64,000 nucleotides of DNA from Octopus bimaculoides. Its lineage: Eukaryota. A program made the translations under genes and the position numbers. Each line of letters begins with the position of its first letter. The first letter of the stretch is position 1. The stretch covers positions 10,731,947 through 10,795,946 of the forward strand of contig NC_068993.1 in the NCBI RefSeq assembly GCF_001194135.2, given 5' to 3'. The notes below the pieces were generated by a model. That model was not told the DNA's origin, did not search any database, and saw only the letters and a program-made list of their open reading frames with translations. This document shows, in pieces, positions 1-13,572 of the stretch.

Positions 1-202
1 CTCCATCATATAAACCAAATATACATTTGCAAGCATATTCATTAACTATGCACAGCATCCAGCCAACATCTCAACAAATACAGCCCCACCAACCATGTTA
101 CATCATCTGTACGGTGAACCAACGAAAGAGCCATTAACTTATGTAGTAAACCTGTCTGTTAGAAATAGCAGCTAAATTTCCCCTCATATCATAATAACTG
201 TC

Positions 203-427
203 TTAACCCTTTAGCATTTAAACCGGCCATATCTGGCCAAAATATTCTATTTGTTTGATGCTCAAACTGGCCAGATACAATCTCTTGTGCCCACTTCACA
301 AAGTCGTACTAAAACTAAACAATAATATTATTAAAATCTTGAAGCTATGATATTACTTATTAATTCAAAATGATGTGAATAAATAAGGATTACATTTGAC
401 AGGGTAATCTGAATGCTAAAGGGTTAA
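203..427 (+). mobile_element. piggyBac-type MITE
   Basis: TTAA (203-206) + CCCTTTAGCATT ... AATGCTAAAGGG + TTAA (424-427): TIR with TTAA TSD. Related fragments at ~19350-19490 and ~28790-28845; other CCCTTT/AAAGGG-TTAA ends at ~5640, ~7145, ~28995. Confidence 0.85.
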
Positions 428-639
428 TGCAGAAAGAACTCCTGGAATAATGCAGGTTTTGTGATAGTGAATAAATTAAATGGTAGGGATATAAAGGCCT
501 CTTTTAGTCATGAATGACCAATGGATGGCACCTAGAAAGTTCCCCTTCAAGACACAAGTTCAGGTAAAGTTGTTTTGTGATGGAAGACCAGCAGTCACCC
601 ATGCATACCAGTGTCCCCTCACCATGCGGCCGATGTTGT

Positions 640-822
640 TCAAGGCAAAGAGAAGGGGCCGATACAGCTTAGCACCTGTGATGCCGCAACTCATTTCTAC
701 AGCTGAGTGAACTGGAGCAATGTGGAATAAAGTGTCTTGCTCAAGAACACAACACACAGTGCAGTCCAGGAATTGAACTCACATCATGATTGTAACCCAA
801 CACTAACCACCGAGCCATATAC
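640..822 (-). mobile_element. tRNA-derived SINE, CORE/V-like central domain
   Basis: Minus strand reads GGTGGTTAGTG..GAGTTCAATTCC (A/B-box-like) then CTTGAGCAAGACACTTTATTCCACATTGCTCCAGTTCACTCAGCTG; same body recurs at 48870-49092. Confidence 0.7.
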
Positions 823-1182
823 TCTTTTACTCGTTTCAGTCTTTTGACTGTGGCCATGCTGGAGCACCGCCTTTAGTCGAGCAAATCGACCCCAGGACTT
901 ATTATTCAGAAGCCTGGTACTTATTCTATCGGTCTCTTTTGCCGAACCACTAAGTTATGGGGACATAAACACACCAGCATCGGTTGTCAAGCGATGTTGG
1001 GGGGACAAACACAGACACACAAACATATATACGACAGGCTTCTTTCAGTTTCCATCTACCAAATCCACTCACAAGGCTTTGGTCGGCCCGAGGTTATAGT
1101 AGAAGACACTTGCCCAAGATGCCACGCAGTGGGACTGAACCCGGGACCATGTGGTTGGTAAGCAAACTACTTACCACTCCTA

Positions 1183-1184
<2 letters not shown>
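823..1184 (-). mobile_element. SINE family A (tRNA head, internal microsatellite), near full length
   Basis: Reverse complement of the 35405-35820 copy: GTGGTAAG..GGTTCAGTCCC head, GCCTTGTGAGTGGATTTGGTAGA.GGAAACTGAAAGAAGCC core, CTCCAGCATGGCC..GACTGAAAC tail. Confidence 0.85.
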
Positions 1185-1221
<37 letters not shown>

Positions 1222-1514
1222 GCACACAAAACACCTAGAATATCTATAATTCGTATGTCTGCTCCATCAGAGTTAACCTGGTGTTAAACAACAATAACAA
1301 CAAGAATTATTGTTAAGCTTATAATCTCATAATCTACTTGAAATGTAACATCAGTGTTGGATGATATGGTAGATTTGAAAGAAATTCGAAATGGTAAGGA
1401 ATATAGATATGACATAGAAAGGGATAAAGAATTAAGTTTCTAATTCAACACTAAAGAAGATAACTCTGTATGCATCTGTGTGTTTATATATATATATATG
1501 TATATATATGTATC

Positions 1515-1909
1515 TTTTATTCCTTTGCTTGTTTCAGTCATTTGATTGCGGCCATGATTGAGCACCACCTTTAGTCGAGAAAATCAACCCCAAAACTTAT
1601 TCTTTGTAAGCCTAGTACTAATTCTATTGGTCTCTTTGCTGAACCGCTAAGTTACGGGGACATATTCAAGTGATGGTGGGGGGACAAACACACACACACA
1701 AATAAATAAATAAATATATATATATATATACATATATACACACACAATGGGCTTCTTTCAGTTTATGTCTACTAAATCCACTCACAATGCTTTGGTTGGC
1801 CCGAGGCTAATAGTAGAAGACACTTACCCAAGGTGCCATGCAGTGGGACTGAACCTAGAGCCATGTGGTTGGGAAGCAAGCTTCTTATCATACAGCCACT
1901 CCTGCACCT

Positions 1910-1910
<1 letters not shown>
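1515..1910 (-). mobile_element. SINE family A copy
   Basis: Same head, core and tail motifs as 823-1184, with an internal (TA/CA)n tract. Confidence 0.8.
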
Positions 1911-2066
<156 letters not shown>

Positions 2067-2679
2067 TGTAGAAAATTGATTTTGGAGTACACATGAAGCT
2101 ATAAACATAAGCAAGTGAATATTGATTTTTAAACCCAATATTTACATATTATTTGAAGGCGCATGGCTCACTGGTTAGTGTCAGGCTTATAATCGTGAGG
2201 ATGTGAGTTCAATTCCTGAACCAGGAATCATTTAGAGCTCCATGTAGATTTTCATAATTCAGTTTGATTACTGTATAGTTGTTAATTATCACTAGTTACA
2301 ATTTATAGAGCAAGCGTAGGAAATACAAGGTTCTGGGTTCAGTCCAACCGCATGGCACATTGGGTAAGCGTCTTCTACTATAGCCTTGGGCTGCTTCAAA
2401 TGCAAGTAGATGCTCAACCACAATGTATCCTCTGGGAACACTTTATTGTATCAAATAATACAATTATCTCTAACTTGATATAATAAAATGTTCCTTGAGG
2501 ATTAAGAAGAGGAGAAAGATGTAAATGAATTAGCTGAGTGTACAGGTTAACGGATCCAGCTGAAAGACGAGGTAGTCATGTACTCACCTTTTCAGCAAAA
2601 CAGATCCTCCTGTGCCTCTATCATACTTCCATATCCCTCAATACTACACCCCACTCAGTTGAGGACAGGGTCTTGTATC

Positions 2680-2890
2680 TTGAGTGCCAGGTAACCTCAC
2701 TAGTGCTGGTGCCCTGAAAAGTTCACCCAGTACACTCTCTCTAAAGTTGTTGGCATTTGGAACAGCATCCAGCTGCAGAAACCATGCCAAAGCAGACTTT
2801 GGAGGTCAGGGCAGTCCTCTGACTCATCGGTTCATGTCAAACCATTGAACGCATGCTAGGAGGGTGAAAGGGATGTTAAATGATGAGGAT
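2680..2890 (+). mobile_element. RTE-like LINE 3' end / derived short retroelement (family C)
   Basis: GTGCTGGTGCC..CACCCAGTACACTC..GCATCCAGCTGCAGAAACCATGCCAAA..GATGTTAAATGATGA; matches copies at 11.2, 14.7, 16.0, 20.4, 23.4, 28.5 and 34.4 kb that end in an (ATG)n tail. Confidence 0.65.
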
Positions 2891-3010
2891 TCAATGAATT
2901 CTGTCTGAGACATGGAAGAATGGAAAAGTAATTGCTAAAACAATGATGAGATGTAATACTTGTATATTACATAAAATTGAAGATCTTATGCACATATATA
3001 CATAAATGCA

Positions 3011-3041
<31 letters not shown>

Positions 3042-3059
3042 GTGCATGCACCTATATAT

Positions 3060-4720
3060 TCATAGATATGAATATACACACACACAAATGTATATAGACA
3101 CACACGCACACACACAAATATATATTGACACGCACACACACACACAAATGTATATAGACACACGCGCACACACACACAAATGTATATAGACACATGCGCA
3201 CACACACACAAATGTATATAGACACATGCGCACACACANNNNNNNNNNNNNNNNNNNNNNNNNNNNNNNNNNNNNNNNNNNNNNNNNNNNNNNNNNNNNN
3301 NNNNNNNNNNNNNNNNNNNNNNNNNNNNNNNNNNNNNNNNNNNNNNNNNNNNNNNNNNNNNNNNNNNNNNNNNNNNNNNNNNNNNNNNNNNNNNNNNNNN
3401 NNNNNNNNNNNNNNNNNNNNNNNNNNNNNNNNNNNNNNNNNNNNNNNNNNNNNNNNNNNNNNNNNNNNNNNNNNNNNNNNNNNNNNNNNNNNNNNNNNNN
3501 NNNNNNNNNNNNNNNNNNNNNNNNNNNNNNNNNNNNNNNNNNNNNNNNNNNNNNNNNNNNNNNNNNNNNNNNNNNNNNNNNNNNNNNNNNNNNNNNNNNN
3601 NNNNNNNNNNNNNNNNNNNNNNNNNNNNNNNNNNNNNNNNNNNNNNNNNNNNNNNNNNNNNNNNNNNNNNNNNNNNNNNNNNNNNNNNNNNNNNNNNNNN
3701 NNNNNNNNNNNNNNNNNNNNNNNNNNNNNNNNNNNNNNNNNNNNNNNNNNNNNNNNNNNNNNNNNNNNNNNNNNNNNNNNNNNNNNNNNNNNNNNNNNNN
3801 NNNNNNNNNNNNNNNNNNNNNNNNNNNNNNNNNNNNNNNNNNNNNNNNNNNNNNNNNNNNNNNNNNNNNNNNNNNNNNNNNNNNNNNNNNNNNNNNNNNN
3901 NNNNNNNNNNNNNNNNNNNNNNNNNNNNNNNNNNNNNNNNNNNNNNNNNNNNNNNNNNNNNNNNNNNNNNNNNNNNNNNNNNNNNNNNNNNNNNNNNNNN
4001 NNNNNNNNNNNNNNNNNNNNNNNNNNNNNNNNNNNNNNNNNNNNNNNNNNNNNNNNNNNNNNNNNNNNNNNNNNNNNNNNNNNNNNNNNNNNNNNNNNNN
4101 NNNNNNNNNNNNNNNNNNNNNNNNNNNNNNNNNNNNNNNNNNNNNNNNNNNNNNNNNNNNNNNNNNAAATGTATATAGACACGCGCACACACACACAAAT
4201 GTATATAGACACGCGCACACACACACAAATGTATATAGACACGCGCACACACACACAAATGTATATAGACACGCGCACACACAAACATGTATATAGACAC
4301 ACAAGCACACACACACACAAATGTATATAGACACAAGCACACAAACGTATATAGACATGCACACACAAATGTATATAGACATGCACACAAATGTATATAG
4401 ACACATGCACACATAAATGTATAGACACATGCACACAAATGTATATAGACACATGCACACAAATGTATATAGACATGCACACACAAATGTATATAGACAC
4501 ATGCAGACAAATGTATATAGACACACGCAGACAAATGTAGACACACACACACACACACAAATGTAGACACACGCACACACAAATGTAGACACACGCACAC
4601 ACAAATGTATATAGACATACACGCACACAAATGTATATAGACACACGCACACAAATGTATATAGACATACACGCACACAAATGTATATAGACACATGCAC
4701 GCGCGCATACACACACACAC
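3060..4720. repeat. Minisatellite AAATGTATATAGACAC(RYGC)(AC)n, ~22-30 bp unit, spanning a gap
   Basis: The unit repeats on both sides of the 3239-4167 gap; exact 30-bp units at 4168-4290. Confidence 0.93.
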
Positions 4721-5011
4721 ACACACATAAATGTATATGTAGATACATAGATATACACACAAGCATATGTAGATAGACGCAGGAACACATATATAGATAC
4801 ATAGACACAGGAACACACATGTAGATACACACAGAGAAACACTCTCATATGTAGATTCATACACACGCTCATATATATACACTCTCACACACATGCATAC
4901 ATATATAAATGGATGTAATCATGATATTAAAGTGATACTCTTGTATATCTAATTCCAATCTCCCACTTTCGTTTCAATTTAATTCCTCTGAATGTGAAAA
5001 AGGGATATAAC

Positions 5012-5168
5012 CTTAAAATCTGCTGTCAACAGAATCAGGATACAATTTTCTCTATTAATCTGCATAGTTTGATTCATATCAAAAGCTAGTTCATTTTGGC
5101 TTGACATAAAACTTGTGTTCATTCTGGAATAATGGCTAATATCCATTACATTAATATCTTTGCCATTA
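5012..5168 (-). CDS. Candidate internal exon, unknown product
   Basis: GTAG|T acceptor, NGKDINVMDISHYSRMNTSF..RENCILILLTADFK, AAG|GTTATA donor; weak polypyrimidine tract. Confidence 0.22.
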
Positions 5169-5934
5169 CTACGTAATATACTTACATACATATATATATT
5201 TTTGTTTACGCAAAATGATATATAATATATACATTTCTGTGGCTTACATTAAATAAATGAAAAATATTTACCACATGTATGAAATAAATATGAATGGCTG
5301 TGTGGTTAAGAAGCTTGCTTTCCAACTATGTGGCCTTGGGTTCAATCCCACAGTGTGGCGCCTTGGCCAAGTGTCTTTTACTACAACCACAGACTCTGCC
5401 TTTTATCTTTTTGGGGTTGATAAAAATACCTGTTGATCATTGGGGTTGGTGTAATTGACTTACCTCTTCTCCCTAAAATTGCTGGCTGTGTGCCAAAATT
5501 TGAAACTGATAGAATTAGCAGTATGTCTCCAAGACTCACCCTTGAGATTTTGATGGAGAATATTCATTTATATCTGCTTTAAAATAGCAAATTATAATCA
5601 CAGTGCCAAAATCCAGGTTTGGCCAGGTTTCTATCAAAAGGGTTAAAAACAAAACAAGATGCTAACTGGAGCACCAAAATTCAGCTTTACCTTGGGTACT
5701 AGGGGTGGTGGTGATGATGGTGTTGGGGGTTAGCTGCTTTAGCACTTTCACTGTCTGTATCATCATGAATGATTTTGGTGGATGGAAACTGAAAGAAGCA
5801 CATGTATGTATGGATGTGCATATGCGTTTTGTGATTGTCATTGACTGGACCTTGTATAACAATTGTAAGCAAGTGTCAATGCCATGCAAGCGGCAACCAT
5901 TTCCAGTCTTTTTGCGAAAACGGGTCTGTTTCTT

Positions 5935-6350
5935 TTATATTCTTTTACTTGTCTCAGTCATTTGATTGTGGCCATGCTGGAGCACTGCCTTCAAAAATTT
6001 TTAGTTGAACAAGCCATTTTCCAGTGCTTATTTCTATTTTTAAGCCTGGTACTTTTGGCATCCATCTCTTTTGCTGAACGACTAAGTTACGAGGATGTAA
6101 ACAAACCAACACTGGTTGTCAAGCAATAGTGGAGATCAAACACAGCCACAACAACAACAACAACAACACACACACACACACACACACACATGCACGATAG
6201 GCTTTTTTCTGTTTTCATCTACCAAATCCATTCACAAGGATTTGATCAGCCCGAGGCTATAATAAAGGGCACTTGCTCAAGGTGTCACACAATGGGACTG
6301 AACATAAAGCCCCTGTGGTTGGGAAGCAAACTTCTTACCGGACAGCTATG
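5935..6350 (-). mobile_element. SINE family A copy, diverged
   Basis: Tail, (CAA)n/(CA)n, core and head motifs in reverse orientation. Confidence 0.75.
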
Positions 6351-8470
6351 CCTTCAATTATGTCTGGACATGGATGAATATTACCTTGTATGGTAAACAG
6401 GTGAGGATATTTAGCCAGAGAAAATCTACCTCAGGATATTCCACGTGAGAATGGAAAACTGGATGTTAACATGATGATGGGTATAGACGTACACATATAG
6501 AGAAAGAGAGTGGGGGAGCAAGGGAGAGGTTTCCAGTTTAGCCAACGCTGCTATCAAATGCAGATGATGAAAACAAAAACAACAAGAAAATGCCAAACAA
6601 CACAAACAAAACATCCACTATGTTTATATATAAAATGTAATATTTTTAGCTGTAGACCAATTCTTGGTTAAGAGGAAACACTAGTCTGCTAGCAGAGTTT
6701 GGATTTTGATTTGAGATTAGAAAACAAGGAAGTAGAAGTTTGAAGAATCTGTTGACTGATACACACACATACACACACACATATACATACATTATCAACA
6801 TCATCATTACCACAAGCGTCAGCCATGTTATCCCTGTTGCCATTATGATAATCACCAGGATGGTGGTGATTCACATCATCACCACCTCCACCGTCAATCA
6901 TCATCTATCACCGCAACTAACATCATGACTAATAGATTCCCCATAAATACCATCCCCACCGCCAATGCCACCAACATTGCTACCATAATCAAATCATTAC
7001 CATCACCACTGAAGTCATCATCATCATCACAACAACATACACACTATCAGCACCTCTACCACCACCACCACCACCACCACCACCACCCCTAGTGCCCAAA
7101 GTAATGCTGGGTTTTGGCGCTCTGACTAGCATCTTTTGCTCTTAACCCTTTTGATTCCAACTAGCCCAAAACTGTCCTTGGCTCAATGATTATNNNNNNN
7201 NNNNNNNNNNNNNNNNNNNNNNNNNNNNNNNNNNNNNNNNNNNNNNNNNNNNNNNNNNNNNNNNNNNNNNNNNNNNNNNNNNNNNNNNNNNNNNNNNNNN
7301 NNNNNNNNNNNNNNNNNNNNNNNNNNNNNNNNNNNNNNNNNNNNNNNNNNNNNNNNNNNNNNNNNNNNNNNNNNNNNNNNNNNNNNNNNNNNNNNNNNNN
7401 NNNNNNNNNNNNNNNNNNNNNNNNNNNNNNNNNNNNNNNNNNNNNNNNNNNNNNNNNNNNNNNNNNNNNNNNNNNNNNNNNNNNNNNNNNNNNNNNNNNN
7501 NNNNNNNNNNNNNNNNNNNNNNNNNNNNNNNNNNNNNNNNNNNNNNNNNNNNNNNNNNNNNNNNNNNNNNNNNNNNNNNNNNNNNNNNNNNNNGATATAT
7601 GACAGGCTTCTCTCAGTTTCCATCTACCAAATCCACTCACAAGGCTTTGGTTGGCCCAAAGCTATAGTAAGAGACACTTGCCCAAGGTCCCATGTGGTTG
7701 GTAAACAAGCTACTTACCACACAGCCACTCCTGCGCCTATATACATTACAAAAAATTGTCTTCATGGTTTGGTTTTTGTTTTTACCTAGAAACTGGGCCG
7801 TAATTTGCTTTTCCTATGTTAATGAGTTTTCATCATCTAATTGTTAATGAAATTTTGTGTATTTTCTAAATTGTAGGATTTATAAGCAGGCTGTTCCATT
7901 GATCGGATCAACTGGAATTCTCATTGTCATAACCGATGGAGTGACAGTTTTACAGAGAGAGAGAGAGAGAAAGAGGGGGAAGATGGCAATAACATCTAAC
8001 AAAAAAAAAATGCAAAAGAGAAACAGAAAAAAAAAGTTATAAGTAAATCAGAATAGCTCAAAATAAAGAATGTACCTCACATTTGGTTAAGTTCAATTTT
8101 TATCAACTTTTAGAGAAAAACTAATTCAAGAGAATATATAAATAGTAACAGTTGACCTCAGATTCTCTTGGCAGAACACAAAGGCTGTATTATTCTAATG
8201 AGGAAAAACAAGAACTTATATCAAAACAATCATCATCTTTGGAAACAGAATGGTATTTATGTAAAAATAATAAGAAAAAACAAAACAACAAACATGAATG
8301 GTGGTTAATAGCCATAGACATGGCCGTGTTGTTGTTAAGTAGTTTCACATCTGTATGGTTCCAAGTTCAGTCCTACAGTGCAGTGCCTTTGGCAAATGCA
8401 TTCTGTTATGAGATTGGGTTGAACAAATTCTTGTGAGTGAATTTGGTTGATAGAAACTGACAGAAACTAA

Positions 8471-8705
8471 GGCAGCGAGCTGGCAGACACGTTAGCATGC
8501 CGGGCAAAATGCTTAACCATATTTTGTCTGGCATTACGTTCTGAGTTCAAATTCCGCCGAGGTCGACTTTGCCTTTCATCCTTTCGGAGGTCGATAAATT
8601 AAGTACCAGTTACGCACTGGGGTCGATGTAATCGACTTAACCCCTTTGTCTGTCCTTGTTTGTCCCCTCTAAGTTTAGCCCCTTGAGGGCAATAAATAAA
8701 TAAGA
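8471..8705 (+). mobile_element. SINE family B (MetaSINE-like central domain)
   Basis: GGCAGCGAGCTGGCAGA..GAGTTCAAATTCC head, then GGTCGACTTTGCCTTTCATCCTTTCGG.GGTCGATAAATTAAGTACCAG (resembles the Meta domain); A-rich tail. Confidence 0.8.
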
Positions 8706-8725
8706 AACAGTGTAAACAAGTCTGT

Positions 8726-8757
<32 letters not shown>

Positions 8758-9475
8758 ATGTCAGCATGGAAAAAGGAACATTAAAAACAATGATGATGAT
8801 GATGATGTGTGCTTGCATTTGTCCCTCACTACCACTTAACCTTTGTTGGTTTGTTTACATACCTCTAACTTAGTGGATTGCAATATATGTATGTATATGT
8901 ATGTGTGAGGGAATGTATGTGCATGTGGGTGAATGTATGTGTGCATCATGGAGTCAAGGATGCATATGAGGTGGGGTATATTATACACACACACACACAT
9001 ATACATATGAATGTGCACATACAGAGAGAATACAAAACTTAAAGATAAATACTGAGGTTGATTTGTTCAACTGACTCTACAAGGCAATGCTCCAGCATGG
9101 TCGTTGTCAAATGACTGAAACAGGTAAAAATAATAGAATAGGTGGAATTGGTAAATCCTGGGACAAAATGGTTTATGGTATTTGGTTACAATCCTTTATG
9201 TTCTCCTTTATATTGTGTGTTCAAATCCCAGTTAGGTTAAGTTCTGTAACTTTCATGATTTTCAGGTCCATAAAAATAAAGGACCAATTCATGTAACAAG
9301 TAAAGGGTAATATGATTAACTAAACCCTACAAAGGTGACTGTGCAAACATGACCACAGCACTTACTGAAACTAGTAAGAGATCGAAAAAAAAGATTAATT
9401 TAGAAATATATAATTGAAATACAAAAATTCATTTTGGAAGTTACTCCTGAAGGAACTGAAACCAAGATAAAATAC

Positions 9476-9652
9476 TTTTGTGAAGATGAACCCAAAACGA
9501 GGGTCAAAATCATGATGATGTTTGTTAGGCAGCTGATGAAGGAAATTCCCCTGTTTTGTCTGTTTGGTGTTAATGTCTGATAATTTGTTTTTGTGTTGCT
9601 TTGTTTTGGTATGCTTTACTAGGATTAAACAAGCTTTGGTCACTTCTGATTC
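9476..9652 (-). CDS. Candidate internal exon, unknown product
   Basis: CTAAC branch-like motifs, CCAG|GAA acceptor, 177 nt open in phase 0 (ESEVTKACLILVKH..DFDPRFGFIFTK), AAA|GTATTT donor; antisense frame is also largely open. Confidence 0.25.
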
Positions 9653-10452
9653 CTGGTGGAGTTAGTTATAGGGTTAGATATAATTTTATTCATACAGACT
9701 GCAAATAATTATTGTTTGGTAAGGTTAATATTGCCATTATAAGGAAAATACAAAGCACACACACACACATGTATATATGTGCATATGTATATAATACACC
9801 TCTTGTGTATCCTTGACTCCATAATGCTTGTATACATACACCCACAAGCACATACATTCCCTCACACACACATATACATACATATATTGTAATCAGCACC
9901 ACTGATATTAGCTAAAAACATTGAACATAGCATCTCTCACAGAAATTTTACAGCAGATGAAAGCAGGTCTACAGACCACCACCACCACCACCACCACCAT
10001 TAAAACCTCTGAAGCAAAGACATTGCAACCATTATCTTTATCACTTTGGATGGTATTACTAAGTTTTGTTGGATGATAAACTCCTGACAGAAGATAATGG
10101 TGAAAAATTCTAGGAAAATAATACGGAAATATAACAGTGTTCAAACAGGATAAGAAGTGTGTTGCTAATCTCTAATATTGGTTAAGAACACAGTTGAGGA
10201 AACAGTCAGTGATGGTGGTGGTGAGGGTGGTAGTGGTGGTGGTGAGGATGTGGTGGGGTGGAGGGAGTTAGAGAAAGGGGGTAAAAATAGGGAGAAAATT
10301 GTACTGATACCATTATAATGTTTTTTAGGAAAGTGCAATTATTGACATGATTGTTGTTGTTGTTTAACCCCAGGTCAATAATGATCGAGTTGGTGGTCAT
10401 GATGAAAGAAGGCATTCCAGCTATGATGATCCTGTATTTTGTGTATGAGAGA

Positions 10453-10484
<32 letters not shown>

Positions 10485-11224
10485 AAGAGACATATAGAAA
10501 CACAGAGAGAGAGACAGACAGATAGAAACAGAGAGACAGAGAGAGAGAGAGACAGACAGAAACCAAGAGAGTGACAGACAGACAGAAACAGTGTGTGTGT
10601 GTGTATATATGTGGTGAGGTATTTATGTGATGAGGTATTTATTAACTTGTTTCAGTCACTGGACTGTGGTCATGCCAGGGGTCACTTTTATGAAACAAAT
10701 CAACCCCAATACTTTTTGCTTAAAGTCTATTTTTTTTTTTATTGGCCTCTTTTCTGAAACTGCCAAGTTACGGGGATGTTAACAAACCAACACCAGCTGT
10801 CAAGTGTTGGTGGGACAAACTCAGTGACCCCGAGACCTACACCAGAGGAGTGCAAGTTCCTGGTAGACCCCCTCCTCCTCCCTACCATTACTGGACAGCT
10901 CAAAGGATTGAGGCCAGACTTATATGGACTTCCTCTACCAACAGATAAAAATGGGGTTTGTGTAAGGCTAAAAACTGCTATAAAAAAGAGAAGTGACTGA
11001 AGCTTTGATGACAATGCAAAATCAACAAGACCCGGGAGAAGAGCAGAAAAGACAGTTCAGGGTTGAGAACAGGGGGAAAAAAAGCCATTGATGGCCTATG
11101 CTGTGTAGGAAATGAAGGGCTTTAGGAACTCTATCTAGTGATTTAAGACTTAGAGCATCAACTTTCAAATACTATAATACATATATAACACACACACACA
11201 CACATATATAACATAGAGTTGAAT

Positions 11225-11590
11225 CATCATCATCATTTAGCATCTATTTTCCATGCTGGCATGGGTTGGACAGCTTGACAGGAATGGGCGAAGCTAGGGG
11301 CCACACCAGGTTCCCTAGTTTGTTTTAGCTTGCTTTCTGCAGCTGGATGCCCTTCCCAACACCAACCACTTTACAGAGTGTACTGGGTACATTTTATGTG
11401 ACACCTGCACCAGTGCTTTTCATGTGGCACCATCACCAGTGCTTTTCACGTGGCACCATCACCAGTGCTTTTCACGTGGCACCATCACCAGTGCTTTTCA
11501 CGTGGCACCATGACCAGTGCTTTTCACGTGGCACCATGACCAGTGCTTTTCACGTGGCACCATCACCAGTGCTTTTCATGTGGAACCATC
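11225..11590 (-). mobile_element. Family C RTE-like tail with a 26-bp tandem array
   Basis: (CAT)n tail, TTTCCATGCTGGCATGGGTTGGAC, GGATGCCCTTCC motifs; seven copies of CACCAGTGCTTTTCACGTGGCACCAT at 11408-11589. Confidence 0.8.
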
Positions 11591-12131
11591 ACTCAACAAT
11601 GCTTTTAATGTGGTACCTTAGTTAACATACAGCTAGATATGGCAGGCTTTTGTGAACAGATGTTTAGTCTGTGTTGCATACCACGAAGTGGTTCAAAAAT
11701 TTATCCCTTCCTGGATAGGATGCCAGTTAATCGCATAACTTTCCAAAATTGATCTTTTATGCATACATGACAGCTACATGGATAAGCTAACACCATATAA
11801 AATAACATTGCACTCAGAAACACAATGAAATGGCTGTTGTAGATTCCAACCCATGATGAGAGAGAGAGAGAAAGAAAGAAAACGAAAGCAGAAGCAATTA
11901 ATCCACTACGTTATCCACCCAGCCACAAAAAGTTGTTAATCTAATGCAAAAAATTCCACAAGAATTGTTCTCAGGTGTCTTGGGATTCAGAATATGGATA
12001 TGCTAATGTAGACAAAGAAAACCTAATACCAAGATGAAAATAGGACCTGTTCTAACAAGAGGTAGCAAGGTATATCTTCAGAAATAGATACATGCAACAA
12101 CTCCTACAAGTTTTTCGGTAACTTGTGAATA

Positions 12132-12162
<31 letters not shown>

Positions 12163-13052
12163 GTCTGTCTGTCTGTCTACCAATGCGTTTAACCATCTGT
12201 TTGTCTATCTATCTTAGAACATATTTTTGTGTTAAACTTACCTACCAACCTCAGCTACCGACTAAAACACCCACCTGCTTACCTACTAGTTAGCTAACTA
12301 CTTACCTACCCAAACACCTGCCCACTTACGTGTGTGTGTATGTACGCGTGTATATGTGTGTATATATATATGTATATATATGTATATATATCCACAGTGG
12401 GTGCAGTTAAGCAAACATGTGTGTGTATATATATGCATAATATATGCTACCTTACCTTGTCACACACACACAGCTTACTTGTTTCAGTCATTTTATTGTG
12501 GCCATGCTGGAGCACCACCTTGAAAAGTTTAGTAGGTCAAATTGACCCCAAGACATATTTTCAATTCTGATGCTTATTCTAGCATTCATGTTAACCAAAC
12601 TACGAATTTATGAGGACATAAACAAACCAACACAGTAGAGAGAGACAAGACCACACACACACACAATATTGTTTTCCAATATTGTTTAAACCTTTCAAGG
12701 TGATGCCCCAGCATGGTCGCAATCCAACGAATGACACATAAAAAAATACATGTGTGTGTGTGGTGTGTGTGGTGTGTGTGTGTGGTGTGTGTGTGTGGTG
12801 TGTGTGCACCTGCACACATGCAAGGCTCTTCAGTGAAGTTTACTTTGTAACCCTATGGTTTCAAGCTTGATCCCACTGCATGACACCATGGGTAATTTTT
12901 CTGCTATTAAAGCTCCAGTCTGTCCAATTCCTTCTAGATAGTTTTTTGCTGGTGGAAACTGCTGAGAATCTGCCATGTTGTTAAATAAACATATCATTGT
13001 TGTGTGATGCATGGTCATCCAAAACAGGATTTCAGCTTAAATAAGCCATATA

Positions 13053-13263
13053 CAGTAATCCCTCAACTATCGTGGGTGCTATGTTCCAAAAACCACTGCA
13101 ATGGGTGAATATCCATGAAGTAGAAACAGTACTGAACTGTATATTTTCCTTTTATTATTTTTCATAATTTGTATATAATAATTCCATTATAAATGCAGAA
13201 CACCACCATGGAGGAATTGATGTAAGCTTAAATAATAAACCATGATATGGCGAGAGATTACTG
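13053..13263 (+). mobile_element. pogo/Tigger-like (Tc1/mariner superfamily) MITE
   Basis: TA|CAGTAATCCCTC..TATCGTGG at left; CCATGATATGGCGAGAGATTACTG at right (imperfect TIR); right TA TSD is degraded. Confidence 0.7.
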
Positions 13264-13530
13264 TGAACTACTAAGAAATGTATTGCATGGTCTTTCCTCC
13301 TCATTCATTGACTGAAAGCACTCAATGAATGTGTGTGTATGCATGTATATGTATATGTATATGTATGTGCATGCATATGTGTGTGCATGCGTGTAGTATA
13401 GTGAATGTAGCATATTTGATAGAGTAAGCTGGGAAATTTTAATTAAAAATTAGTTTTAATAACGAGAATCAATTATATAAATAATTCTGGTCAAAACAGG
13501 AAGGGGAGACAACACTAGATTTTAAATTAA

Positions 13531-13572
<42 letters not shown>

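Noticed and set aside
10820-11110. GC-richer segment with short ORFs (ETYTRGVQVPGRPPPPPYHYW..)
   Set aside because: No recognisable domain or clear splice sites; begins at a SINE break and is probably an old TE fragment
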